Source of the DNA: Okamejei kenojei
Taxonomy: Eukaryota
Assembly (NCBI GenBank): GCA_035221665.1
Contig: CM069148.1
Location: forward strand, 26,102,001 to 26,166,000
Direction of reading: 5' to 3'
DNA: 64,000 bases
The translations under genes and the position numbers were made by a program. Below the pieces are notes generated by a model. The model made no database searches, was not told where the DNA came from, and saw nothing but the letters and a program-made list of their open reading frames with translations. Shown here one piece after another: positions 38,909-53,051 of this stretch. Each line of letters opens with the position of its first letter. Position 1 is the first letter of the stretch.

Positions 38909-40449
38909 TATGCTCTGTCCATAACGGATGGGTAAATAAATAGCCTAAGTATCCAAATAACAAACTAATCCCATTCACACAAGAATTCACAATATAACAT
39001 GATTTTTAAATCTCACTGTCATGAATTTATATGCCAGATAGAAAGAATTTAACGTTTAATTCCCATCAATTAATCTAGAAACATCCACTTTCAATATAAT
39101 CAAAATTTTTATTTTTTTGCACAATATCCTTGTAGTGGATATTTAGTATAAAAATATTGACTATGGATTGGCATTACACAAATATAGACGATTTAGATGC
39201 TCTCATGACATGATTGTCCAAAAAAAGAGGATTTAAATCATCTTGTGAGTGGGTGTTTCTATAATGTGATCAATTGGAACGTTGCATTTGCCATGAATTT
39301 AAACCACATATCGACAGACACTGCCGGTTTATATGGGGCCCAAATAACATTTTTGCACCTTAAAATTAGATTAAAGCCACCACAAGAAGCAAGATTATAT
39401 GTAAAATAAACGACTTACCCTTTGTTTTGACCTGTTTTTGCGATCCGTCACGTTGTAGGCGTTGAGGCCGTTCGAAGTCGCTTTTTACTTTAATCCAACT
39501 ATTAAATTGTCCAGCGATTTCTTTAATTAAAAAAACAGGGAACGGAAGTCCGATTGATTTTTCTTCATCGACTTGCAGCCCGAGGAAATCCCTCTCCGAC
39601 AAGCGAGACAAACCTGCATTTTAATCCCACCCACCCCCCCCCCCCCCAAAGTCGCACACATGGCCAGTGGCAGAACTGCAGCGCCGCTGAAGGTGGGTTT
39701 TGTAACATCACTATTTAGTGTCATCTGCAAGTTTACTAATCATTGTTTGTACATTCTCATCCAAATCATTGATCTAAACTACAAACAGCATCAATCCCTA
39801 AGGCTCTAGCTTCCCATTAATCTTTGCAGTATTAAATCCCTTCCCATTTAGTTTTATGCTGTCTTTGACTTTCCTTGTCAACCATTGCTGCTCCACCATC
39901 ATTCGTGCTAGGGTCCCTTTCCAATCAACTTTAGCCAACTCCTCCCTCATGCCTCTGTAGTCACCTTTACTCAACAGTAATACCAACACATCTGATTTCA
40001 TCTTCTCCGTTATGTTATATATTATGGTCACTGCCTCCTAAGGGTTCCTTTACCTTAAACTCCCATGTATTCATGTATAGTCTTTTCTTTGACTGGATAG
40101 CACACAAACGAAAGCTTTTCACTCAGTACACATGACAATAAACTAAACTCTGCAAACCACTGTACTCCTGCACGGATAATTTTGATCCCATCTGCTTATA
40201 CCTGACACATACCTCCGCCTTCTTCTCAAGAGCCTTGGTTTCTCCTGTTGTCCAGTGTTCCTTACTCCTACCTGCCTTGCCATTCACTTTACCCACGCAT
40301 CCTTTTCTAAATGTCCCTTTGCCCACAACCTACTCTAATAAACTTTTGCACGTTCCTGTCCAATACCATCAAAGTTGGCCTTGCCCCAATTTAGCTTAGA
40401 TCATCCCTGTCCTGATCCATAACTATCTTAAAGCTAATAAAACTCGTAG

Positions 40450-41320
40450 CTTGTATGTCGGCGTAGCATCACTCCCTGACTTGCTCAACGCGTTTTACGC
40501 ACGCTTTCATAGGGAGAACACTGATGTGCCTACTCGAGCCCCCATTCACTGTGATGGTATTTCAGTCACTGTCACAGAGGCCGGCATCAGAAAATCCTTC
40601 AAAAGGGTGAACCCTCGAAAAGCGCCTGACCTGATGGTATACCCGGTCATGTTCTAAAAACCTGTGAGGACCAACTGGCTGGAGTTTTTATGGACATTTT
40701 CAACCTCTCACTTCTGAGATCTGAGGTTCCCACCTGCTTTAAAAGGGCATCAATTATACCAAGAAGAGCAAGGTGACAAGCCTCAATGACTATCGACCAG
40801 TGGCACTAACGTTGGTGGTGATGGAAGTGCTTCGAGAGGTTGATGATGGCGCAAATCAACTCCTACCTCGACAAAACCCTGGACCCACTGCAGTTCGCTT
40901 ACCGCCACAACTGATCAACGGTGGATGCAATCTCGCTGGCTCTCCACTCCGCTCTGGACCACTTGGACAACAAAAACTCATATGTCAGGCTGTTATTCAT
41001 TGATTACAGCTCGGCATTTAATACAATCATCCCCTCCAAGCTGGTTACCAAACTCGCAGAACTGGGTCTCGGCGCATCTCTCTGCAATTGGATCCTCGAC
41101 TTCCTCATTCACAGGCCAGACTGTTTGAATTTGTGGAAAGGTGTCAGCCTCGATAACAATCAGCATGGGAGCACGTCAAAGCTGCGTGCTCAGCCCCCTG
41201 CTGTTCGCACTCTATACTCATGACTGCGTATAGAGTATAGAGTGACCTCTAACTTCAACAGGTGCACGGTAGAGAGCATGCTGACCGGTTGTATCGTGGC
41301 TTGGTTAGGCAACCTGAGCA
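40450..41320 (+). mobile_element. Rex1/Babar-type LINE RT fragment; also 13090-13990(-) and 50905-51560(-)
   Basis: [43 protein letters not shown]. Confidence 0.85.
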
Positions 41321-42001
41321 CCATGGACAGTGAAACCAAAATGTATAAAAATGGCCGTTATTAAAATCTGGCGATGTGCACTTTAACCATATGTAACTAG
41401 ACAGAGGCAAATAAATAAATGATTTCACTTAGACAATATTGATCTCTGCATATTCAAATCATTCCCTGATTTACAATCAAACCCAGAGGCCAGCCATACA
41501 CCATCATCAATGAATTGGTCAGAATATAGTGCAGCACAGGAGCAGGCCCGTTGGCTCATGACATCTGAGCCATGTCTCAGTTTGTCCAATAAAAAAAACT
41601 TGCCATCTACATAACTTCCCTTCCTGTTCTTGACAGTTAATTTTCCTTAAGTATAATTTTCATTTCTTTCTAAAATTAGTTTCACTTTGACCCATGTATT
41701 AAAACATATATCTATGCACGAAAACAATAAAGTGGTCAGCCGAGATCAAGGGACCAAACTAATCGTCTGCTAATCTCCATTTAAACCTGCAAATGTAATA
41801 ATCTTCAACATCAGGTAAACTGTTCCACTTTAGTGATTTAATGTCTCTGGCCCAAAATATTTGATCAATACATTTTTCATAAGTAGTCATTTTTTTAGAA
41901 AAATAAATGTGGTGACTAAGGGAAGGAACAATTTCTTCCACCATCTATCACAATTAAAAAAAAATGAAAACATTAGAGACCACAGTTAAAAGCGAGTTAT
42001 C

Positions 42002-42007
42002 TTTAAT
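42002..42007 (-). terminator. RPL27A poly(A) signal ATTAAA
   Basis: ATTAAA about 20 nt after the stop, followed by T-rich sequence on the minus strand; short 3'UTR typical of ribosomal protein genes. Confidence 0.7.
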
Positions 42008-42026
42008 TCTTACACAGAGTTAAACT

Positions 42027-42167
<141 letters not shown>

Positions 42168-45100
42168 TTAAAATGTGTTATTGACAGTCCAAGGATGCAT
42201 TTTAAAGAGAAATCAAGACCCAGCAGGCATAGAGGAGAAAACTATAATAGGAATCCGAGAGGCAACTTCTTCCAGAGGATGGGTATTTGAAACAAGCTGC
42301 CATGGTAAGTAAATGAGGCAGGTATAACATTTAAAAGACACTTTAACAGGCAAATGTATAGCAAAAAAGGGATATGGGCCAACTGCAGTCAAATGGTACA
42401 AGTGTGAATGGAGCATCTTGGTTGGTGTGGGCAAGTTGGACAAGAGCCTGTATTCATGCAGCAAGACTATGACAAGTAGATAAAGGATATAGAAGTCTTG
42501 GAGAGAATGCAGTGGATATCAGGATGCTGCCTTGATTAGAGTATACTAAGAGATTGCACAAACTTGAAATGTGCACTGTGGGGCATAGAAGGGATCTGAA
42601 AAAAGTGTATAAAATGATGGGTATAGATAGGGCAGACAGTTAAGAGACACACAGCAGAACAGTGGAACCAGATGCAAAAGTGGCATCTGAGACTTTTAGA
42701 TAGGCAGACAAATATGCAGAGAATGGTTCATAAGTAGACTGCAGAGGATAGTTTAATTTGGCATCCATATCTGGCACATGGTCAACATGACCAAAACAGA
42801 CCCTTTTGGTCCACCTTACTCATGCTGACCATGATGCCCCGTCAACGCTAGTTCACATTCACCCATGTCCCTCTAAACTGTTACCATCCATGTGCCTGTC
42901 TAAATGTATTTTAAAAATTGTTTGTACATGCTACTTCCTCTGACAGCTCATTCCATACAGCCACCACTTCAAAAAAAAAAAAAACACCCCCAGGTTCCAA
43001 TTATATTTTCTCCCTCTCCCCTTAATCTTATGCTCTCTAGTTTTGATTCCGCTGCGCTGGGGGAAAAAATGCATTCACCCTATCTATTCCCCTCATGATT
43101 TTATACACCTCTACAAGATCACATTTCAACCACCTGCATCTGGAATAAAGCCAGACTGCCCAAACTCAACCCATAGCTCAAGCCCTCAACTGTAACACGC
43201 CAAAAGCTTTCTTCACTATCCCATCTACCAGTGACGCCACTTTCCAGAAACTAGGTACTTATATTTTAGATTCCTCTGTTCTACAATACTATCTAGGCCC
43301 CAATAGTTTTAACTGTGAAGGTTCTGCCCTACTGAGACTTCCCAAAATGTAATGCCAACTTACCCAAATAACCTCCATTAGCCATTCCTGCTTGCTCCAC
43401 AGTCTTCTTGATAATGACACATCTATACCACCCATTTTGTGACATCTGTGAACTTGCTATTTTTGCCCTGCTCATTTTAATCTAAACCATTGATATTGAT
43501 GAAAAACAGCAATAGGCAGCACAAATCCCAAACATATCAATGCCTATAGGCCTCCAATGAGGAAAAACAACCTTCCACCACCACCCTTTGCTTCCTACCA
43601 TGAAGCAAATTCTGTATCCAGTTAGTTAGCTCTCACTGGATCCCATGCAACCTAACCTTCCAGAGCAGCATACAACGAGGAACCATAAAGTTTGGAGAAG
43701 TCTATGAATCTTCCCTGATCAACCTTCCCTATTGCTCAGCACTAACTACCCCTCCCATTCCCAATCTGTCCTTTCGGTCCTGGGCCTCCGCCATTATCAG
43801 AGTGAGGCCGAGCGCAAATTGGAGGAACAGCGCCTCATATTTCGCTTGGACAGCTTACACCCCAAAAGGTATAAACATTGACTTCTCTAACTTCAAATAG
43901 CACTTGCTTTCCCTCTCTCTCCATCCCCTCCTGCTTCCTAGTTGTCCCACCAGTCTTATCGTCTCTAACTACATTCTATCTCTATCGACTCGAAACATTC
44001 CTTCTCTCCAGAGATGCTGATTGTCCCGCTGAGTTACTTCAGCATTTTGTCAACCTTCTTGGCTACTTAGCCTACCAAGTCCACACCGATCTGTACAATA
44101 ACACACAAACCTGTACATCTTTGGAGTGCAGGAGGAAAACAAATCTCAGAGAAAACCTACATGATCACAGGATGAATGTACAAACTTCGTAAGTCAGCAC
44201 CTGTAGTCAGGATCAAACCCATGTCTCTGGCACTGTGAACACTGTAAGGCAGCAACCGTACCGCTGCGCTACTTCTTAAAAAAAAAAATCACCAGTCTTC
44301 CATGCACATAACCATGCTGACTATCCCAAACCAACCAGTATTTCCAAAGGCATGTATATCTTATCTCTCAGGATCCTCTCCAATAACCCTCCCAACACAA
44401 AGGTTGGGCTTGTGCAACTTCGCTAGCCACATAGCATCACTGGAGGACATGGATAGGTGACATTGTAGGAAGTACCAAGTTACTACAGGACTGTGTCAAT
44501 GCATGTTTCCAGCATCACCAGTTCCTTGTGTCTACAGATGCCAGGCTGACTGACAGTTCCCGGTTTTTTCTTTGCAGTCTTCTTAGAGGGAAAACATTAG
44601 CCACCCTCCTGTCTTACCTGCATCTAACAAGAATTCATATATCCAGAATTTCATATAACCAGGACTTCTGCAATTTATCTTCTAGCTTTCCAGTGTTGAA
44701 TATCTGATCAGACCCAGGAGACGCATCTACTTCATGCGTCTCAATTTATTTACTTCATACATCCAGTCCCACCAACCATATTATATTCTCAGGTTCCCGA
44801 GACCATATTTTTCTCAACAGAAAAGAACAGAAATATTGAAAAGCTTGCCCTCTTTTTCCTGTCAATTTCTCTTGTCGTCCAGGTTTTTCTACTTCTTCCT
44901 ACTTCCAGAACACCCCCTTGCCTACAAACCACCTACTCAAATCAACGTTAGCAAGTTCCCATCTAATGCCATGAAAGTTGGCCACGCTCTACGTAGAAAT
45001 TTACCATGTGGATCAGCCCTTTCCTTATCCATGTTAAAGCTAATAGAATTGTTGCTTTCTGGTCCTAAAAGAACAACAGTGGCACAACAGTAGCTGCTGC

Positions 45101-46682
45101 CTTACTGCACTTGCAGCACCAGAGACCAGGATTCAATCCCAATTACGGGTGCTGTCTGTCCGGAGTTTGTACTTTCTCCCCATGATCACATGGGTCCAAG
45201 ATCTTTGGTTTCCTCCCACACTCTAAAGTTATACAGGTTTGTAGGTTAATTGGCTTAGTACAGGTGTAAAAATTGTCCCTAATGTGTGCGTAGAATAGTG
45301 TTAATGTGCAGGGATCATTGGCCGGCACAGACTCGGTGGGCCGAAGAGCCTGTTTCCGTGCTGTATCTAAACTGAACGGCTGGGCCACTGACACTACAGT
45401 CACTTGAAGAATTGGGGCCATGGGACAAAGGGCCCATTCCTGTGCTATTCTCTGCTAAGTACTAAGTAGTTACAACAATCAGCTCAACTATTCAGGATTG
45501 CAGCTTGTTGAAGCAACATTTTTGGACTCTGCAGGATAGATAACACTAACTTGGGATCATCGGTCTGTCCAAAACTATACATTCTGAACTTGTTCATATA
45601 CCACCAATCTTTTGTTACAACTGGTTAAAAGACAATTTCCCATTGACACCAGTAAGAATAGGATCACAGCATTTGAGATGGCCCAAACCATCTTTCAGAC
45701 AATGATTTGACAAATTCAGAACATGAAAAGTAGATTGCTGAATTTAAAATGACTCGGATGCATGCGGCTTACATCTTCAGATAGTGAACGAAAATCTGGT
45801 ACAAGACTTTGGTGAGGGCATATTGAGTATTGAGCTCAGTTTTGGTCACCCTGTTATAGGAAAGATGCTACGCTGGAAAGGGCGAAGAAAGGATTTACAA
45901 GGATGTTGCCAGGACAGAGGGCCTGAGCTACAGGTAGAGGTTGAGCAAGCTTGGACTTTATTTGTTGGAGCACAGGATGAAAAACACAAAACCTCCAGGG
46001 ATAGAACTATACAAACAGGTAACACAGGAATTGAATGGTTAGAACTGGACATGGGACTCAATCCAAAAAGACCTTGTTGTTGCGCAATTAGTATTGTGTG
46101 CAGTTCTGGTAGCCCCATACAGGAAGATTATGGAGGCTATGGTATGTAGAGGAGGTTCACCAGAATGACGACTGGATTAAAGGGTATTATCTACCACAGG
46201 AGGTTGGACAGGCTGCTTATTTTCTCTAAAGGCCAGAGGTTGAGGGGAGACCCGATAGAATCATATAAAATTATGAGGCACAGATATGGTAGTCAGAACC
46301 TTTTTCAAACTATGAATGTACCAAATACGAGGGGGCGCAGATTCAAGGTGAGAGGGCAAAGTTTAAAGACATGTGGGTCAGGTTTATAGTGTGCGGCAAG
46401 TGCCTCGATTGCGCTGCCGGGAGTGGTGGACGCAGATACAATAATGCCATTTAGAGACTTCTAGTTGGGCACAAGGATATGCATGGAATGAAAGGACACA
46501 GATTATGTGGATGCAGATAAGAGTTGGTCTTGGCATCATGTTCCACAGACATTGCAAGATATCTTTGTTGACGGGACCCTTCTTGTGCTGTACAGATTTA
46601 CGTTCTAAAACAGGAACCTAGATACAGTTCCATGCCATAGACTGATGGGAAAAGTGGTCCATTCACCATTTTGCAGTGATGA

Positions 46683-46812
46683 TCATGTCACTAATTTTGT
46701 GGCCGACTGGGCTACAAAAGTCACAGCCAGTGAATAATATCAGTGATTACTCTCCGAAAGCTCTAGCACACCAAAACAACGGAAAATGTAAGGGCGTGAC
46801 TCTAGCCTCGAA
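46683..46812 (-). ncRNA. SNORA3: H/ACA snoRNA of the SNORA3/SNORA45 (ACA3) family in RPL27A intron 4
   Basis: minus strand TTCGAGGCTAGAGTCACGC...GTGTGCTAGAG...H box AGAGTA...TTATTCACTGGCTGTG...ACA+3 nt; closely matches remembered human ACA3, whose host gene is RPL27A. Confidence 0.9.
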
Positions 46813-48047
46813 TCCCTGTGAATTGAGTACTAATTCTGTTATTTAACCAAAGCCTCATGCTCCACATTGAAAACTAGCTCTGCATGATCACTGTTTGGTC
46901 AGACAGCATTTAATTTCCGTGCATACAGTACGTACGCCCAGTCTGCCTTGGCCAATGTGATCTCCCGAAAAGGCATCTATTCGTTTTCTCCAGATATGCT
47001 GTCTGACCCGTGGAGTTACTCCAACAATTTGTGTCCATCTTTGGTATAAACCAGTATCATCAGCTCCTTCCTACACACACGCTTAATTTGTTGGTTAGTG
47101 CTATTTAAACCTTTCATTGCACAATCAAATGCCACCAAACAGAGGCAGCAAAATCTGTCTTGCTCGCTAACCAATTAATGTAAGCACATCTTTACAATGC
47201 AGGAAGAAACAAGAGCTTTAGGTAGAAACCCTCCCAGTCAAAGGGAGAATGTGCAAACTCTACAAGTATCCCTGGAGCTGAGGCAGACACAATAACTAGT
47301 GCAGCAGGAAGGCACTATATGTTTGTTTAAAGAATCAAGTTGTCAAGAAGCACATTAGGTTACGAATGAAGACAAATTATGAAAGGATAAATATGTGAAT
47401 GACAATCAAGTGCAACAGGGAACAGTTGCATCCTTTGGATGAAAAATATTTTCTTAATGGCAAGATTAAGAATAGTGGCAGAGAAATGGAAGGTGGATGG
47501 CACTCCGATCAAAGTTTTAGTCATAGTCAAACAGCACTGAAATAGGCCCTTCAACATACATTGCCCATACCAACCAAGTTGGCATATCAGCCAAGCCCAA
47601 TTTGCCTGCATTTGGTCCTTGCCCTCTAAAACCTTCTAATCCATTTACAAGTCACAGTATCCACTTCTACAGGTTCCTCTGGCAGCCCATTCCAGAGAAG
47701 GACTACTGTCAGAGTGAAATAGTTGCCCAATGCTCCTTTAAAATCTCTCGCCTCTCACCCTAGGCCTATGCCCTCTACACTAGGAAAATTTGACTGCTCA
47801 TTTACCCATTCCTCACAATGTCACCACACAGCCTTCTATGCTTTAAAAATGTCCCATCATAAGATCATGTGTTAGGAGCAGAATTGGGCCATTCGGCCTA
47901 TCAAGTCAATCATGGCTGATCTATCACTCCCTCTTAAACCCATTCGCCTGCCTTCTCATAACGTCTGACATCTGTACTAATCAAGAAACCCTCATCTGCA
48001 AATGATGACCGATGAAAATTTTGAAGCCGACATGTGGCACTACTTAC

Positions 48048-48222
48048 TGCATGTACAACATCAATAACGGGTGCTGGTCCTTCTGGCTTTTTAGCATAGT
48101 TTAATCTGGTTTGTTCACTAACCAGTGTCCACAATTTATCCAGATTTATGGTAGGACAGAATAACTGGCTCTTCTTTAAATGGAAATGTCTCATACCAAC
48201 TTTTCCGAAATAACCAGGGTGA
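48048..48222 (-). CDS. RPL27A: RPL27A exon 4
   Basis: tttcag|T CAC...GCA|gtaagt; [58 protein letters not shown]. Confidence 0.97.
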
Positions 48223-48929
48223 CTGAAAAATAATGGGTGGTAAAATCAAATCTTTTCAGCATTAATAAACCATACATTTACAAAATTCAACCAAATGAAA
48301 CACGCATTTAAAAAAAATTAACTCAAGGAGTTATTCTCCCATTTTTCAAACCTACCAACGTTTTAAAGTCAGGTGAAAATTAAGAATCTTCATCCCCGCT
48401 GCACAGAACAGTACACCACAATGTATGTGCCAAACATGATGCAGTAAAACTGATCTCACCTGCCTGTACACGATCCATATCCCTCTATATAAAGAAACAG
48501 CTGGAGTAACTCAGCAGGACAGGCAGCATCTCTGGATAGAAGGAATGGACTTGGACTATAGACTGAAGAGTCTCGACTCGAAACGTCGTCCACTCCTTCT
48601 ATCCCGAGATGCTGCCTGTCCCCGTAGCTACTCCAGCATTTTGTGTCTATCCTCAGTGTAAAGAAGCATCTGAAGTTTCTTCCTACACATCCATATTCCT
48701 CTATCCCCCGCATTCCCACGAGCCTATCTAAAACCTCTTAAACACTACAATCATAACAACTTCGCTAACGGGATCGCGTTTCGGCCGATACCAGGAGGCA
48801 GCGTTGGAACATCCATCCGTTATAAATGAAATCCATATAAAGGGGTCCGTTATAAAAAGGGTTTACTGTAGATACCCCACACTGTGATCACACTCAAGGA
48901 TTGAAACACTTATTTGTACAATAACATAC

Positions 48930-49030
<101 letters not shown>

Positions 49031-49097
49031 TCATCTAGTGTTTAAAGACACACACATACAACAACAAAAAAAAATCAATCTTGCATTTTTGACTCAC

Positions 49098-49161
49098 CAA
49101 TACGGCCATGACCATGGCTAACGTGCCCTCTCAACTTCCTGGTTTTTCTAAATCTGGTGGG
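49098..49161 (-). CDS. RPL27A: RPL27A exon 2
   Basis: ttttag|CCC...ATT G|gtgagt; PTRFRKTRKLRGHVSHGHGRI(G). Confidence 0.97.
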
Positions 49162-50425
49162 CTAAAATAAGTTTAAAAAGTCAGGTCATTTTGACAATCC
49201 AACAACATTGTTTGCAGTCCTGTGATGTACACTATTTTAGCTAATGCACAAATATTTTAAAAAAAAATCATGCCCAGAGTTCACTATATTTTATTGTAAA
49301 ATTTCTTGTTTTGAACCAGTGTCTTGTTTTTGCAGTCTTTTTTTTTTTTTTTAATTTGCAGTTGTATAAACTCTCACCAACTTCTAGATGCGCCATAGAA
49401 AACATTTTATCACAACATGGTTTGGGAGCAGCCCCTGTCTGACTGTAAGGAAGTGCAGACAGGTGTGGACGTAACCCAGACCATCATACAAACCAAACCC
49501 CCTTCCATTAACTCCATCTACACTTCACGCTGCCTTGGCAAGGATAATTAAGGATGAGCCACACTCCCTCTTCTCCCCTCTGGCAAAACACACCTCCAAA
49601 TTCAGGGACAGTTTCTTCCCAGCTGTTATCAGGAACTGAATCATCCTATCACCAACTAGAATGTGGTTAATGAACATTAACCAACATTAATGAATTCAAA
49701 CACTCGACTTATTGGCATTTTCTGGTTTTGCTTCCTTCTATTCTCACCTAGATTAAAATTCTCAATACACACATTTGAATGAGAGCTCGCCTAAGGCACA
49801 GGGTGAATTTGCACATAAGAGAATGCAGATGCTAGAATCATACTTAAAAAAAACCAAAATGCTGGTAAAACTCAGCAAAACAAACCTGAAACGCCGTCAG
49901 TCCACATCCCACCTCAGATGCCAAACCTGACGGGTTAATTTGTACACATCCCAACCCCAATGTTCTCCTCTAGCTGCTCAGGTACTCGAGTCCTGCACTT
50001 TTTTTTATACACCTCTAGTCTCCCTCTCCCCCGACTCCTAGTCTGGAGAGTCTCGACCTGAAACGTCACCTATTCCTTCTCGCCAGATATCCGGCATTTT
50101 GTGTCAACCTGCATCGCCCGGCTAACAGCGAATTCTGCATGAACCAGGGAGCGGGAAGCCGGCAGGCCGGCCGGCCGGCCAGCAGCGCATCGCATCGCAG
50201 CACCGCGCTCAGCTTCACCTCACTAGGCCGCAAATATAGGCCGGCGAAATCTAGGTGAATTTCGCCAAATCACATACAACCGCACAGCGAAATCGCCACC
50301 CGCTTTACGGGCAGGAGACGCCGCATCGATGCCTGTGCGTTTAGGCCCGGGATGGTGCCGCCGGGCGGCGGATGGCGGCGGATTGAGTGCGCAGAGGAGG
50401 GCGCAGCGCAGCCAGCACCACCTAC

Positions 50426-50428
50426 CAT
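50426..50428 (-). CDS. RPL27A: RPL27A exon 1 coding part (ATG only)
   Basis: minus strand ccaagATG|gtaggt; exons sum to 3+64+76+175+129=447 nt = 148 aa + stop. Confidence 0.9.
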
Positions 50429-50480
50429 CTTGGGCCGTGACGTAAGAGGGGCAACGGCCACGGCGCGCGCGCTTTTATTC
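50429..50480 (-). promoter_or_regulatory. RPL27A core promoter: polypyrimidine TCT/5'TOP start with TATA-like element
   Basis: minus strand gAATAAAAg (50479-50472) about 25 nt upstream of CCCCTCTT (50451-50444); CRE/ATF-like TGACGTAA in the 5'UTR; YY1-like AAGATGG over the ATG. Confidence 0.7.
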
Positions 50481-52707
50481 CTCACCCACCGCGCGTTACG
50501 CAGCGCGTGCCCCGTCACGCAACTCCACTATTCAGTCTCCGGGGCGGAGCACCTTCAGCCTTTGTGGGTCAGGGGGTTGGAGCTTCACCTCAGGTCAAAT
50601 AGACACCACATCCTGACATGCATCTTTGGAGAGAATGGATGGGTGAATATCAATGGATTTTTTTTTTAAAAGCAGAGGTAGATAGACTCTTGATTAGTAC
50701 AGGTCTCAGGGGTTCTGGGGAGAAGCCAGGATAATGGGGTCAAGAGTGTTTTATTGTCATATGTCCCGGAAGGGACAATTAAATTCTTGATTTTCTCGAC
50801 CCGAAACGTCGCCTATCTCCTTCGCTCCATAGATGCTGCTGCACCCGCTGAGTTTCTCCAGCCTTTTGTGTACCCTCGATTCTCCAGCATCTGCAGTTCC
50901 TTCTTTAACAATTACATTCTTACTTGCTGCAGCACAACAGAATATGTGAATATGTAAACATTGTATATAATGGGGGAAAAAAAGAAAAAGTTCAATAAAT
51001 AACAAATAATAATATAGTCTTTTGCAGTTCAAAGCTCATAGCTTATTCGTTGTGTTTAATAGCCTGATGGCTGTGGGGGAGAGCTGTTCCTGAACCTGGA
51101 CGTTACAGTCTTCAGGCTCCTGGACCTTCTTCCTGATGGCAGTAGTGAGATAAGGGTGTGGCCAGTATGGTGTGGGTCCGTGATGATTTTGGCTGCGTTT
51201 TTGAGGCAACGACTACGCTAAATCCCTTTGACTTTGGGGAAGTCAAAGTCGGTGATGGATTGGGCAGTGTTCACAACTTTTTGTGGCCTTTTTCACTCCT
51301 GAACGTTCAAGTTGCCGAACCAGGCCACGGTGGAATCAGTCAGAATGCTCTCTACTGTGCACCTGTAGAGGTTTAGGAGAATTCTCTTTGACATGCCGAA
51401 TCTCCGTAATCTTCTCAGGAAGTAGAGTTGCTGATGTGCCTTCTTTACAATTGCATCAGTATGCTGGGTCCAGGAAAGATCTTCTGATATGTGCATGCCC
51501 AGGAATTTGAAGTTATTGATCCTCTCCACCATCGTCCCATTGATATAAACAGGATTGTGGGAGGGAGAGATAGATCAGCCATGATTGATTAACAGAGTAG
51601 ACTTGATGGGCTGAATGGCCTAATTGTGCTCCTATTAATGACCTTATGACGTTTCGGGTTGAGACCCTTCCTTAGACTGAGTGTCGGGATATGGAGATAC
51701 AGAGATAAGGAAGGGTAAGGTGTGAAAACGATACATCAAAGTAGCGATGTTACAAAACCTACCATCAGCGGCGCTACAAATCTGCCACTGCTGGTGCGTG
51801 GGATTCTTTTGGGGGGGGGATTAAAATGCAGGTTTGTATTGGTTGTCGAAGAGGGATTTCCTCGGGCTGCTAGCTGAAAAAGAAAAATCATTCACGCTTC
51901 CGTTCGTGGGTTTAAAAAAAAAAATTGCTGTACCTTTGCATCACTGTATTGAACTTAAACGCGACTAAAAAAGCCTTCACCACCTTCAACATCACGGATC
52001 GCAAGTGCAGGACAAAACAAAAGGTATGTTATTTATTTAACATGTTATTTTGCTTTTTGGTGTGACTTTATTTTAATCTTATGATCTTGCCTGCCGATAT
52101 GGGCTTAAAATTTACGGCAACGTTCCAATCGATCACATTCCTGAAACATCCACTCTCAAGATGATCAAATTCTTTTTTTTTTTGGACAATCATGTCATAA
52201 GAGCATCTAAATCATCTATATTTTGTGTTATTGTCTATCCATGATCAATATTTTCACACTAAATATCCACAACAGTTTTAGTCAGATGTATTGTGCAAAA
52301 AATAATGATTTTATCTTGAGAGTGGATATTTCTGGATTAATTTATGGGAATTAAACATTAAATTCCTTGCATTTGACATATCAATTCATGACAAAGTGAG
52401 ATTTAAAAATCATGTTATATTGTGAATGCGTGTGAATGGGATCAGTTTGCTATTTGTTATTTGGATACTTAGGCTATTAAAAAAAAAGCTTTTTCTTAAG
52501 AAAAGGTTAGATGTTTAGATCTAGTAATTGAATTTAGATGAATTTAATTGATTTGATGAAACTGATGAATATGAATTTTTTGTAGGGTATTTACTATTTG
52601 TTCAAGTGTTTCACGTTACCATTTCTACCTTTTTTCTAAAACTCCAAATAATAACTTGTTTCTGTTAATGCTGTTCAGTGTGTTTTTTTCCTTTACATTT
52701 TAAACAG

Positions 52708-53051
52708 ATGTCTCCGAAGAAGAAATGCAAAATTGTAAATCCAAATGCCCAGCAAAAGATACTGATTTAGACAGCAATCGCAGCGATTATCAGAAATTGG
52801 ACTACTCCAAATGTGATGATCTACAGGACATTCTTAATGGGAATATAGTGGGCAGAAAGGCATGTCATGTGTGGTTTGAAGAGCAAAAACTTGTAGTTTA
52901 CAATGCCAAAATTGAAAAGTTGTGGAAAAACAAGTTGTACAGAGTTGCTTATTGGTTACAATCTGAGGAGTATGATGATGCTACTGATTATGATATGTCA
53001 TTGTACCAGCTAGTAACTGATCTTCTCCATAAATACTTGGTCTATTGCTAG
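52708..53051 (+). CDS. transposon-borne terminal exon encoding a Spin/Ssty (Spindlin)-like Tudor domain
   Basis: polypyrimidine tract then aaacag| acceptor, open frame to TAG, ATTAAA at 53107-53112; NIVGRKACHVW...YNAKI...YRVAY...YQLVTDLLHKYL; expression not shown. Confidence 0.6.

Larger units (their letters stand above)
35926..39713 (-). mobile_element. DNA transposon family with 7-bp TSD, copy B (contains a Helitron)
   Basis: termini TAGTGATGTTACAAAA / CAGCAATGTTACAAAA; TSD tttagtg at 35919-35925 and 39714-39720; splits the CR1 ADDTK coding sequence. Confidence 0.88.
50110..50560. promoter_or_regulatory. CpG island over RPL27A exon 1
   Basis: high GC and dense CpG against an AT-rich background; GC box GGGGCGG at 50541. 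Confidence 0.8.

Noticed and set aside
48770-48870. Possible second snoRNA in RPL27A intron 3
   Set aside because: No SNORA3 similarity; it ends in GGGTTTACTG|TA, more like a single Tc1/Tigger-type terminus
50270-50669. ORFs over the RPL27A promoter
   Set aside because: GC-rich CpG-island chance ORFs with no recognisable homology
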